DNA of 64,000 nucleotides from Pyrinomonadaceae bacterium (lineage in GTDB: Bacteria; Acidobacteriota; Blastocatellia; Pyrinomonadales; Pyrinomonadaceae). How positions within the stretch are numbered: the first letter of the stretch is position 1; each line of letters opens with the position of its first letter. Location of the stretch: contig JBKKAL010000297.1 of the NCBI GenBank assembly GCA_046714695.1, positions 43,407 through 107,406 of the forward strand, written 5' to 3'. The position numbers and the translations under genes are program-made. Below, piece by piece: positions 1 through 8,170 of this stretch. Below the pieces are notes generated by a model. That model was not told the origin of the DNA, did no database searches, and worked only from the letters and a program-made list of their open reading frames with translations.

Positions 1-92
1 CGTTCTTCGCTCATCTCCGCGCGACGGATTGTGCCCGCGCCGCCGTGAATCGCCAGCGATAACCTTGCTTCGTCATTTATGTCAGAGTTCAT
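1..92 (-). CDS. isoaspartyl peptidase / L-asparaginase family protein, first 30 codons only (gene runs off window start)
   Basis: Reverse-strand ATG at 92-90 is followed by MNSDINDEARLSLAIHGGAGTIRRAEMSEE. AIHGGAG is the conserved N-terminal motif of plant-type asparaginase/isoaspartyl peptidase Ntn hydrolases. The fragment is too short for the ORF track. Confidence 0.45.
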   Translation of the reverse strand, partial: MNSDINDEARLSLAIHGGAGTIRRAEMSEE

Positions 93-156
93 GATTGAGA
101 GAATGAAAAATTTCGCCGCGCACGTCAACCCCTAAGAGATAAACAGCAGGATTATC

Positions 157-173
157 CGAATCAATTTAGGAAA
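157..173. repeat. left copy of 17-nt imperfect direct repeat flanking the kinase-hicB islet
   Basis: CGAATCAATTTAGGAAA matches 2004-2020 CGAATCAATTTAAGAAA at 16/17 positions. On the minus strand this copy still reads F-L-N-stop, like the end of the patatin CDS. Confidence 0.6.
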
Positions 174-345
174 AGTGACACATTCTGCTGAAATAGTCTG
201 AGTCATTTGGCACAATAGTATTTAGGCGTCAGAACTGATGTAAAATAAGGCGTCATTTAGGACGTCTAATAAGCGTTAGGTTGCTTAATATACCTCGTCG
301 AAGTAGAACTTGCAGATTTAGAATTCCTGAATGGAGTTTCATTAG

Positions 346-1593
346 ATGAGCTTAAAGAAACCTTTAATCTTTGAAACCACTTTCGCCACTTTTACTGCAA
401 CAGAGATTCTCGGCGAAGGAGGCGCTGGGCGTGTCTACAAGGCAAGTGACGAAGCAGGCGCGGTATTTGCAGTGAAGTTGCTAGACCCTGCGAAAGCAAA
501 TAAGGATAAGCTCAAACGATTCAAGAACGAGCTTCTCTTTGGCCAAAGAAATAAACACAGCAATATCATTACTGTTGTAGATCATGGGATATTCAAGGAC
601 ACAAAGAAGAGTGCGCCTTTTTATGTGATGCCTTACTACCACGCATCGTTGCGCTCGCTTCTGCCCGAACGCTTAGATAAAAACAATACTTTGACTTACT
701 TTGCACAGCTATTGAATGGCGTAGAGGCAGCACATCTCCAGAAAATCGTCCATCGCGACCTTAAACCTGAAAATGTATTATATGATCAGAACGCGGATGC
801 GCTTCTGGTTGCTGATTTTGGCGTGGCTCATTTTGAGGAAGAAGAACTCTACACACTTATCGAAACAGCACCAAACACGCGGCTAGCCAACTTTCAATAT
901 GCTGCCCCAGAACAAAGGGCCCGAGGGCTTCAGGTAGACGGTCGTGCGGATATTTACGCGCTGGGATTGATATTGAATGAAATGTTTACTAACGAAGTGC
1001 CTCAAGGTACAGACTACAAGACAATTGGAGGCGTTGCACCAGAATATAGTTATCTTGATGAGCTAGTTTCGGCAATGTTGAGACAGTCTCCCTCAGCACG
1101 ACCCGAATCTATTGAAGTAATCAAACGAGAACTTATTGGCCGCAGACAAGAGTTTGTGACTCGTCAGCGTATTAGTGAGTTAAAGGGAACCGTTGTTCCC
1201 ATAACTGACCTAGATGATCCATTAATTGCTGACCCGCCCCGTCTAGTTGATTTTGATTGGGACCGAGGAAGACTGACCTTGGTTTTTCAACGTCCAGTGA
1301 ATCCCCAGTGGGTTCAGGCACTCCGGAACATGGGCAGTTACAGCTCTGTTATGGATAAAGGACCGGAGCGGTTTTCAATCTCTGGAGACAAAGCAATTAT
1401 TGAGGCAAGAGAAGATGAGGTTCAGCGAATCATTGACCATTTTAAACAATGGCTTCCTAATGCCAATCGCGTATACGAAGATATTATACGAAGGGGAAAA
1501 GCGGAGGCAGAGGATCGTGAACGCAGGCAATTACAAGCTGATATTGAGGAGAAAGAGCGCCGTCAGCGCGTTCTTAAAAGCATAACGATATAG
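346..1593 (+). CDS. Hanks-type Ser/Thr protein kinase with an uncharacterised C-terminal region of about 145 aa
   Basis: 415-aa ORF with the kinase motifs GEGGAGRVY (Gly loop), AVK (catalytic Lys), HRDLKPEN, DFG and APE. Residues ~275-415 carry no motif I recognise and end in a charged coiled-coil-like tail (AEAEDRERRQLQADIEEKERRQR). The gene is visibly AT-richer than its flanks. Confidence 0.85.
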   Translation: MSLKKPLIFETTFATFTATEILGEGGAGRVYKASDEAGAVFAVKLLDPAKANKDKLKRFKNELLFGQRNKHSNIITVVDHGIFKDTKKSAPFYVMPYYHASLRSLLPERLDKNNTLTYFAQLLNGVEAAHLQKIVHRDLKPENVLYDQNADALLVADFGVAHFEEEELYTLIETAPNTRLANFQYAAPEQRARGLQVDGRADIYALGLILNEMFTNEVPQGTDYKTIGGVAPEYSYLDELVSAMLRQSPSARPESIEVIKRELIGRRQEFVTRQRISELKGTVVPITDLDDPLIADPPRLVDFDWDRGRLTLVFQRPVNPQWVQALRNMGSYSSVMDKGPERFSISGDKAIIEAREDEVQRIIDHFKQWLPNANRVYEDIIRRGKAEAEDRERRQLQADIEEKERRQRVLKSITI

Positions 1594-1624
1594 TTAAACG
1601 AGGAGCAGTGAGCCCATTAGAGAC

Positions 1625-1719
1625 GCAACCTAACAACTCATTCAACCGGACTCGCAATAGCGCGGCTCTTAAACTCAATCTTGATTGCTCGCCGGTCAAT
1701 TCCAGCGTAAGGTGCTTGC
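1625..1719 (+). other. attC-like imperfect palindrome between kinase and hicB (tentative)
   Basis: It starts with GCAACCTAAC, which contains ACCTAAC and fits the inverse-core consensus RYYYAAC. It ends with GTAAGGTGCTTGC, a degenerate GTTRRRY core. An inner ACCGG/CCGGT pairing occurs at 1645-1649 and 1692-1696. The exact reverse complement GTTAGGTTGC lies at 275-284, upstream of the kinase. Confidence 0.3.
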
Positions 1720-1761
1720 GCTTTATGAACGGGATACGGAAAATGTCACCGGAGGTGGCGT

Positions 1762-1977
1762 ATGAAGTATCGAGTCTTGATTGAACAGGACGAAGATGGG
1801 GTATTTGTTGCAGAGGTTCCATCTCTGCCCGGTTGTATTTCGCAAGGTCAAAGCAGAGAACAAGCTATTGAGAATATCAAAGAGGCAATTGCCCTGTATC
1901 TTGAAAGCTTAGAGGCTCACAACGATGCTGTCCCGCCGCCGATCACAGAAGAAATCGTGGAACACGGCTATTTCTAA
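1762..1977 (+). CDS. hicB: HicB-like antitoxin (UPF0150 fold), no HicA partner seen
   Basis: 71-aa ORF. YRVLIEQDEDGVFVAEVPSLPGCISQGQSREQAIENIKEAIALYLE matches the HicB/UPF0150 N-terminal signature (PxLPGCxxxGxxxEEAxxNxxEAI). A GGAGGTGG Shine-Dalgarno lies 5 nt upstream of the ATG. Confidence 0.75.
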   Translation: MKYRVLIEQDEDGVFVAEVPSLPGCISQGQSREQAIENIKEAIALYLESLEAHNDAVPPPITEEIVEHGYF

Positions 1978-2003
1978 AAGCCTGGCTTAAATACAAAACT
2001 ACT

Positions 2004-2020
2004 CGAATCAATTTAAGAAA
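2004..2020. repeat. right copy of the 17-nt direct repeat, overlapping the stop and last codons of the patatin gene
   Basis: CGAATCAATTTAAGAAA. Positions 2008-2019 are the minus-strand codons F-L-N-stop of the patatin-like CDS. Confidence 0.6.
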
Positions 2021-2868
2021 TCTTTTAAGAGCGGCGCGTAGAGTTCCGCATCGCGCTCGCCCGCTTCGATGGTTGCATCTATCAGTTCCGGGCGTGTGTA
2101 ATCCCAGCGATGCACGGGCAGGGCTGTGGGCGGAGCGATGTAGAGGCGTGACGCTTGCCTGCCGGTTATATGAGACGGGTACGGGCGGGTGAGCAGTACG
2201 AGGTTTCGTTCGACGCCGGGCGCTTTATCAACAAGGAAGGCGGGGACGTTATCAATGATGCCGCCGTCCAGCAGGCGATGACCGTTGAAGCGGCCGAGGG
2301 ACGTAAACGGAGGCGTCGCTGAAGAGGCAATAATCAGATCGGTCAACTCCTCAGGCGTTTCACAGTCGCGCGCGTCGAAAGCCAGAGCTTTGAATCCGAC
2401 CCGTTGGCCGAATGAAGGATGAATCATCCCGGGGCGAAATCTCTTCTCAACATTATATGCACAGAGCCCCAGCATCACGGCTGCGTAAGCGGGCATGTGT
2501 CTGGGGAAAGCAGTCGTCAGGACGAGTACGGGGAAGGGTTGTGAACGCACGCGTTCAAGGCCGCCTTCGATAAAGGCATGTTGCAACGTGTCGCGATAGA
2601 TCGGCTCGTGCGGGGTCGGGCGCGTGCCTCTGAAAAGCTTGCGCCATTCAAAGTTGCTGGTGATGCCCGCGCGCCGCTTCTTCCAGAACTCTCCGGCTTC
2701 CGCTTCCCGGCCACTCAACAGAAGTGTAGCGACGCATGCGCCCGCGCTGCATGTCGCCATCGCGGCAACTCTCGGCAGAAGAAGGTCTCGCCAGCCGTTC
2801 ATCAGACCTAACTGGTAAAAGGCCCTGTTTCCCCCACCGGCGAAGGTGATTGCCAGATCTCTAATCAT
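2008..2868 (-). CDS. patatin-like phospholipase
   Basis: 286 aa with the GGGNRAFYQLG oxyanion motif, a CSAGA nucleophile elbow (GxSxG-like) and LLDGGIIDNVP (the catalytic Asp DGG motif). Confidence 0.8.
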   Translation of the reverse strand: MIRDLAITFAGGGNRAFYQLGLMNGWRDLLLPRVAAMATCSAGACVATLLLSGREAEAGEFWKKRRAGITSNFEWRKLFRGTRPTPHEPIYRDTLQHAFIEGGLERVRSQPFPVLVLTTAFPRHMPAYAAVMLGLCAYNVEKRFRPGMIHPSFGQRVGFKALAFDARDCETPEELTDLIIASSATPPFTSLGRFNGHRLLDGGIIDNVPAFLVDKAPGVERNLVLLTRPYPSHITGRQASRLYIAPPTALPVHRWDYTRPELIDATIEAGERDAELYAPLLKDFLN

Positions 2869-2959
2869 TATGTTTGATGTAGGCGAGAATCAACACGGGT
2901 GCGCGTCGCGTGCTTTGATAATGGCAAATCTTTATCCTGCGCGTCGGACTGAGAGACAT

Positions 2960-3982
2960 CTATTTTGTGCTCCAGAAAAATGGCGTCTTCGGTTTGAGAC
3001 TTCTTTCGACAGCCAGGGCAACGAATCCCATCGTATAGCGGGCATTGATTTCCAGTAGCGGATGCAGGCCGCGCGCGTGCTCAAGCGCATCAATCCCGAC
3101 CGGCCCCGTGTAACCTTCTTTGAATAATCGCTCCGCTACGATACCGGCGACTCTTTCCAGCTCTGCCGTGCGATTGGGAGAGGGCGGGCGACCGAGCATA
3201 TAACCTTTGCCTGTGCCCGCGCCATTGGTTTGTAAATCGCTGATGCCATAAACCGTGTATGCTCCGCCCGCCGCAATCTCCAACACGACGCCGTATTCGC
3301 GAATTACTTCGAGCCACGGTTGGAAGATCAACGTCTCGCCTTTGCTTAAGCGGCGCTTTGCCCATACGGCTTGCGGCCCCTCTAATGACGGGCCTCTGCC
3401 AAGCACACGGTCACGCGCGGCGAAGCCGAACGGGCTCTTGATAACCCATTTATCACCGCCGCCGGGGCAAGCGCGCGCCGTCTGTTCCTGCAGCTCATCA
3501 AAGGTCTCGGCGGTTGCGGCTCCCGGTTGAGCCCACCCCAGCTCGACTTCGAGCGCGTGGCTCCATAATTTTGAATTAACACGCGCTACAGTACTGAACG
3601 GTATCTGGCCGGACACATCAGCCCCAACCTGTTCGCCAAGAGCGACAGCGCCTGGAGTCCAGCCCCATGGCGTGAAAATGCGCGAGGGCTGTGATGCACT
3701 ATGCGTCGGGGAGATTAGTTCCACTCCGCGCCTTCGCGCCTCGCGTTGGAGTTGCTCAGACCAAGGCTCTCTGAGAAGCAGCGCATCGCCCGCGTGTGCG
3801 AGCCACAATAAATGGGGTGCGAGTCTGTGGTTGAGAACGTCCGAGGACGGAAGGCGGCGATATGCGGTGCCGCCCGCGCAGGAAAGCTCGGTCTCAAAAT
3901 CGGCATTCATGTGCCATAGTCTAGACGCCATGTGCGAAATGAAAAGCTTTTGTCGTCGCCGCTCTCTGTAAGCCGGACACAC
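2960..3982 (-). CDS. ATP-grasp-like domain protein (start uncertain; alternatives at 3931 and 3910)
   Basis: 340-aa ORF. KWVIKSPFGFAARDRVLG, a later FQPWLEV segment and GPVGIDALEH...LHPLLEINARYTMGF resemble ATP-grasp ligase core motifs. It is tightly packed between the ABC-F and patatin genes. Confidence 0.5.
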   Translation of the reverse strand: MCPAYRERRRQKLFISHMASRLWHMNADFETELSCAGGTAYRRLPSSDVLNHRLAPHLLWLAHAGDALLLREPWSEQLQREARRRGVELISPTHSASQPSRIFTPWGWTPGAVALGEQVGADVSGQIPFSTVARVNSKLWSHALEVELGWAQPGAATAETFDELQEQTARACPGGGDKWVIKSPFGFAARDRVLGRGPSLEGPQAVWAKRRLSKGETLIFQPWLEVIREYGVVLEIAAGGAYTVYGISDLQTNGAGTGKGYMLGRPPSPNRTAELERVAGIVAERLFKEGYTGPVGIDALEHARGLHPLLEINARYTMGFVALAVERSLKPKTPFFWSTK

Positions 3983-3996
3983 GCGCTCGGGTTCGA

Positions 3997-5892
3997 TTAC
4001 ATTAACTCCGCCAGTTCAGACCACCTATCGAGGTCGCTTGCGAGTTGGAGGGCCAGCCTCTCGCGTTCCTCGTAAAGCTGATGCACCAGATAGGCGTCGC
4101 TTGAATTGGCTGCCAGTTCCGTCTCTATCTCACTTTTGCGCCCCTCGCCCTCCTCAATGCGTGTCTCCAACTCCTTTAACTCTTTCTGCTCTTTAAAGGT
4201 TAATTTTCGCCTTGCGGTTGAAGGCTTCGCTCGTTCCTGTTTTGCGCTCCTGACATTTGTCTCCGGCTTCGTGAGGACAACTTCTCTCTCCTCTTTCTGG
4301 CGAGTTTCCAGAAAGGCGGAATAATTTCCGGGATACTGTCGAAGGCGGCCATCTTCCTCAAAGCGAAAAATATGCTCGACCGTGCGGTCAAGAAAATAAC
4401 GATCATGGCTAACGACCACGAGGCAACCATTAAAGCCGTCCAGATAATCTTCCAGCGTGACCATGGTTTGAATGTCAAGATCGTTGGTCGGCTCGTCCAG
4501 CAGCAGGACATTCGGCGCACCCATCAGCACGCGCAACAAGTAGAGCCGCCTTCGTTCGCCGCCCGATAGCTTTGCGATGGGCGCGTACTGCATCGCGCCC
4601 GTAAAGAGAAATTTTTCAAGCATCTGGCTCGCGGTAATAAAGTTGCCGTCCGCTGTTTGGATTCTTTCGGCGACCTCTCGAATATAATCTATGACACGCG
4701 CCTCTTCATCAAGCGCGCGGTTCTCCTGATCGTAATATCCGAAGCGTATCGTCTGGCCCACTTCCAGAGCGCCGCTGTCAGGGCTCACTCGGCCCGTAAT
4801 GATCTCCAGCAGAGTCGTCTTGCCCGCTCCGTTCGGGCCGATGATGCCGATGCGATCACCTGGTTTGAGCGTGTAGCTAAAGCTTTCGATCAACACACGC
4901 CCGCCGTAAGATTTGGTGATGTCGCGCATCTCCAAAATCTTTTTACCCATCCGGCTGGAGATAACGGATATATCAAGTTCGGCTCTGGCCGCTTCTTTGG
5001 GTTGAGCCATCAAACTTTCGGCGCGGTCAATGCGAGCTTTGGACTTACGTGTGCGTGCTTTTGCGCCGCGACGCAGCCACTCTAACTCACGCCGGATCAG
5101 CATCTCTCGCTTTTGCCCTTCTGAGGCGCGCGCGCGTTCCTGTTCATCCTTCTTTTCCAGATAGTATGCGTAGTTCCCTTCAAACGGCTGCACGCGGCTT
5201 CGATCAATCTCAAGGATTCGACTCGTCACACGATCCAGAAAATAACGGTCGTGGGTGACGAGCAGGAGCGCGCCCCTGTAGCGCGCCAGATAGGATTCAA
5301 GCCACGTGATGGTTTCCGCATCCAGATGATTAGTCGGCTCGTCCAGAATGAGTAACTGAGGGCTCTGGACAAGAGCGCGGGCGAGCGCGACGCGCTTGCG
5401 CTGCCCGCCTGAGAGAGAGCCCATTTGAGCCTTGGTGTCCCGAATTCCCAGCCTCGTCAAGACCATTCGCGCGTTGGTCTCCAATTCCCATGCGCCGGAC
5501 GCCTCAAGCCTGTGGGCCAACTCCGACACGCGATCCAAAAGTCGCTGCTCGTTCGTTTCGCCGCGCCCAAGCTCCTGGCACGCGCGCTCGTAATCAAGCA
5601 ACAGACTCATGCTCGCATCACTCGCCGCAAAAATTGCGTCCAGCACGGTCTGCTCCGGCTCGAAGGGCGGGTTCTGAGGCAGGTAGCCGACAGATACGTC
5701 CTCGGCGAATACTATGCGCCCCGTATCCGGCTTCTCTTCTCCCGCGATCAGGCGGAGAAGTGTCGTTTTACCCGAACCATTGACGCCGACGACTCCGACG
5801 CGATCACTTGAATTGAGGCCGATGCTTACATTCTCGAATAGCGGACGGAGCCCGTAGTTTTTGCTGATTGCTTCGATTGCTAGAATATGCAT
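3997..5892 (-). CDS. ABC-F family ATPase (Uup/EttA-like, no transmembrane domain)
   Basis: It has two ABC cassettes. Walker A motifs are GVNGSGKTT and GPNGAGKTT, signature motifs are LSGGQRKR and LSGGERRR, and Walker B motifs are LLILDEPTNHLD and VLLLDEPTNDLD. There is a charged inter-domain linker and a C-terminal coiled coil. Confidence 0.9.
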   Translation of the reverse strand: MHILAIEAISKNYGLRPLFENVSIGLNSSDRVGVVGVNGSGKTTLLRLIAGEEKPDTGRIVFAEDVSVGYLPQNPPFEPEQTVLDAIFAASDASMSLLLDYERACQELGRGETNEQRLLDRVSELAHRLEASGAWELETNARMVLTRLGIRDTKAQMGSLSGGQRKRVALARALVQSPQLLILDEPTNHLDAETITWLESYLARYRGALLLVTHDRYFLDRVTSRILEIDRSRVQPFEGNYAYYLEKKDEQERARASEGQKREMLIRRELEWLRRGAKARTRKSKARIDRAESLMAQPKEAARAELDISVISSRMGKKILEMRDITKSYGGRVLIESFSYTLKPGDRIGIIGPNGAGKTTLLEIITGRVSPDSGALEVGQTIRFGYYDQENRALDEEARVIDYIREVAERIQTADGNFITASQMLEKFLFTGAMQYAPIAKLSGGERRRLYLLRVLMGAPNVLLLDEPTNDLDIQTMVTLEDYLDGFNGCLVVVSHDRYFLDRTVEHIFRFEEDGRLRQYPGNYSAFLETRQKEEREVVLTKPETNVRSAKQERAKPSTARRKLTFKEQKELKELETRIEEGEGRKSEIETELAANSSDAYLVHQLYEERERLALQLASDLDRWSELAELM

Positions 5893-6049
5893 TTTTGAAT
5901 AGATAACGTTATGCTGCCATCATAGACCGGAAGTCATTCTGAGACGAACCTGCGTTAGAGCATAATTATAAACGGCTGAAAAAGATAAAGCTCTTGAAGG
6001 CCGGATGATGATGGTCTGAAGACTACGAACGCGCATGCGCCGGTGAATA

Positions 6050-6655
6050 ATGTTAAGCGTCAAAGGAAGGCCAAACTTGAGCCCGGAAATTTATAAACCA
6101 TCAAAGGAAGAGATTCTCGCCGCTCAGGGTAAAACCGTGCCGGACGTGATCGCGCCGCGGTTGCGCGTGCTCTTTTGTGGCATCAACCCCGGATTGTATT
6201 CGGGAGCCACAGGTTATCACTTCGCCCGACCCGGCAATCGTTTCTGGCCCGCTTTATATGCCGGCGGATTTACGGACAGATTGCTCTCTCCTTTCGAGGA
6301 ATATGAGCTGCTCACAAAAAAGTATGGCGTCACCAATGTGGTCGAGCGCGCGACCGCCACTGCAGCGGAACTCTCCGCTCAAGAAATCATCGAAGGCGGT
6401 CGAAGGCTGGAAGCAAAGGTGCGCCGTATGCGCCCCAGATTTCTGGCGGTGCTTGGCGTCGGCGCTTACCGGACTGCGTTTGGCAGACCAAAGGCCGGCC
6501 TCTGTCTTCAGCCGGAGACCATCGGGGAAACATCCATCTGGGTACTGCCGAATCCGAGCGGCCTGAACGCGCACTACCAACCTAAGGATTTAGCACGGCT
6601 GTTTAGCGAATTTCGTCTCGCGGTGGAGAAAGCAACCGTGCGGCCTCGCGCCTGA
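6050..6655 (+). CDS. mug: G/U mismatch-specific DNA glycosylase
   Basis: VLFCGINPGLYS, YHFARPGNRFW and LPNPSGLN are the Mug/TDG (UDG family 2) motifs. Confidence 0.85.
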   Translation: MLSVKGRPNLSPEIYKPSKEEILAAQGKTVPDVIAPRLRVLFCGINPGLYSGATGYHFARPGNRFWPALYAGGFTDRLLSPFEEYELLTKKYGVTNVVERATATAAELSAQEIIEGGRRLEAKVRRMRPRFLAVLGVGAYRTAFGRPKAGLCLQPETIGETSIWVLPNPSGLNAHYQPKDLARLFSEFRLAVEKATVRPRA

Positions 6656-8108
6656 TGAGTTTATAAACATGCGCGAGGTGGCGCTCCGTTGTCAGCACGT
6701 TCCCGACCGCCAGCCGTACGGCAACGCGTCCGTTTAAAGTAGTGTGCGTGAGATAAGCTTCACCCGTCCTGTTGATTGCTTCGACCAGCCGCGTGTTGAG
6801 ATCATTTAACTCTTCATCACCCACACGCCCATCTGCATCCACACGCAACACCAGACGAAAGCAGACGACAGCCATTGTGACCGGAGCCAGCACCTCGAAC
6901 TGCGAGTCATCTTTAATCCAGGAGGCGAAGAGATTTGCGAGGCGAATGTGCTCGCGTATGCGCGCGGCAAGTCCCCTGCGGCCGAAGCTGCGTATCACCA
7001 TCCATGCCTTGAGAGCGCGAAAGCGACGACCAAGCTGGATACCGTAGTCCATGTAGTTGCGCTCGGATTGTTCGGCATCGCCGCGCAAATACTCCGGCAC
7101 AAGCGAAAAAGTGGCGCGCAGTAGCTCCGGCCTACGCACGTAAAGCGCGCTGAAGTCGAGCGGCACGAACAACCACTTGTGCGGATTCACGACGATGGAG
7201 TCAGCCGCTTCTGTTCCTCTCATCAGGTGACGACCTTCCGGCAGCAATGCCATTGCCCCGCCATATGCCGCGTCAACGTGCAGCCATAACCCATGCTCGC
7301 GGCACAGCGCAACGATCTCTTCGACGGGGTCTACGCTCGTTGTCGAGGTTGTACCGACAGTGGCGACAACCGCCATCGGAAGCAGGCGGCCACGTAAGTC
7401 TTCCTCGATTGCGCTTCTGAGCGCCGGTACGCTCATCCGATACATTGCATCGCTCGCGACACGCCGCACATTCTGTTCTCCGATGCCGAGCGTGATGGCC
7501 GCTTTCTCGATTGAGCTATGCGCCTGATCCGAGGCATAGATGCGCAATGCGGGCACATCTGCTCGCCCGCACAAGCCGCGCGCGCGTGCATCCAGCCCAA
7601 GGCTCTCACGCGCCGCCGCGAGCGCATGCAGCACGGCGACCGATGCGGTATCGTAAACCACACCTGTAAAGTCGCCGGGCAATTGGAGCATCTGTCGCAG
7701 CCAATCGAGCACGAGCGTTTCCAGCTCTGTCGCGGCGGGCGAGGTGCGCCATGTCATTGCGCTGACGTTAAGCGACGCCATCAGCATCTCTCCCAGGATG
7801 CCGGGTGCCGTCGTCGTCGAACCGAAATAGCCCAGGAACGACGGATGCCCCCAATGCACCAGCCCCGGCATGATGATCTCCTGAAAGTCTCTAAGAATGT
7901 CTTCGAGAGGAACAGCGTCGTCGGGCGGCGATGCTATCAGGCGAGAGGTGATCTCGCCGGGCACAATGTCCGGCGAGATTTTTTTATCTTCAATGCCCTC
8001 ACGATAGTTTGCTATCCAGTCGGCGACGCGGTGCAAAGCGGCGCGGAACTCTTCCGGCGGCATATCGCCGAGTTCGGGCCAGCCTTGAGCTTCTTCACCG
8101 TCCGGCAT
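6603..8108 (-). CDS. group II PLP-dependent (aromatic-L-amino-acid-type) decarboxylase
   Basis: 501 aa with HWGHPSFLGYF, a DAAYGG motif, and SIVVNPHKWLFVP carrying the PLP lysine in NPHKW. Confidence 0.85.
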   Translation of the reverse strand: MPDGEEAQGWPELGDMPPEEFRAALHRVADWIANYREGIEDKKISPDIVPGEITSRLIASPPDDAVPLEDILRDFQEIIMPGLVHWGHPSFLGYFGSTTTAPGILGEMLMASLNVSAMTWRTSPAATELETLVLDWLRQMLQLPGDFTGVVYDTASVAVLHALAAARESLGLDARARGLCGRADVPALRIYASDQAHSSIEKAAITLGIGEQNVRRVASDAMYRMSVPALRSAIEEDLRGRLLPMAVVATVGTTSTTSVDPVEEIVALCREHGLWLHVDAAYGGAMALLPEGRHLMRGTEAADSIVVNPHKWLFVPLDFSALYVRRPELLRATFSLVPEYLRGDAEQSERNYMDYGIQLGRRFRALKAWMVIRSFGRRGLAARIREHIRLANLFASWIKDDSQFEVLAPVTMAVVCFRLVLRVDADGRVGDEELNDLNTRLVEAINRTGEAYLTHTTLNGRVAVRLAVGNVLTTERHLAHVYKLIRREAARLLSPPRDEIR

Positions 8109-8170
8109 TCTCTCTCCTATCTTTTACTTGCGGGCGGGCGCATAAACTTTGGCGCGAACGCCTACGCTTT

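Noticed and set aside
125-284. A second, complete attC or attI site upstream of the kinase
   Set aside because: Only the GTTAGGTTGC core (275-284) is convincing. The candidate inverse core (CAACCCCTAAG, 126-136) is poor, the span of ~160 nt is long, and the two halves do not pair when compared by eye.
1594-1790. Search for a HicA toxin gene or another small ORF between the kinase and hicB (including a 58-codon GTG ORF, VSPLETQPNNSFNRTRNSAALKLNLD...)
   Set aside because: No frame shows HicA-like motifs. The GTG ORF has no usable RBS spacing, overlaps the hicB start, and its sequence simply reads through the attC-like palindrome.
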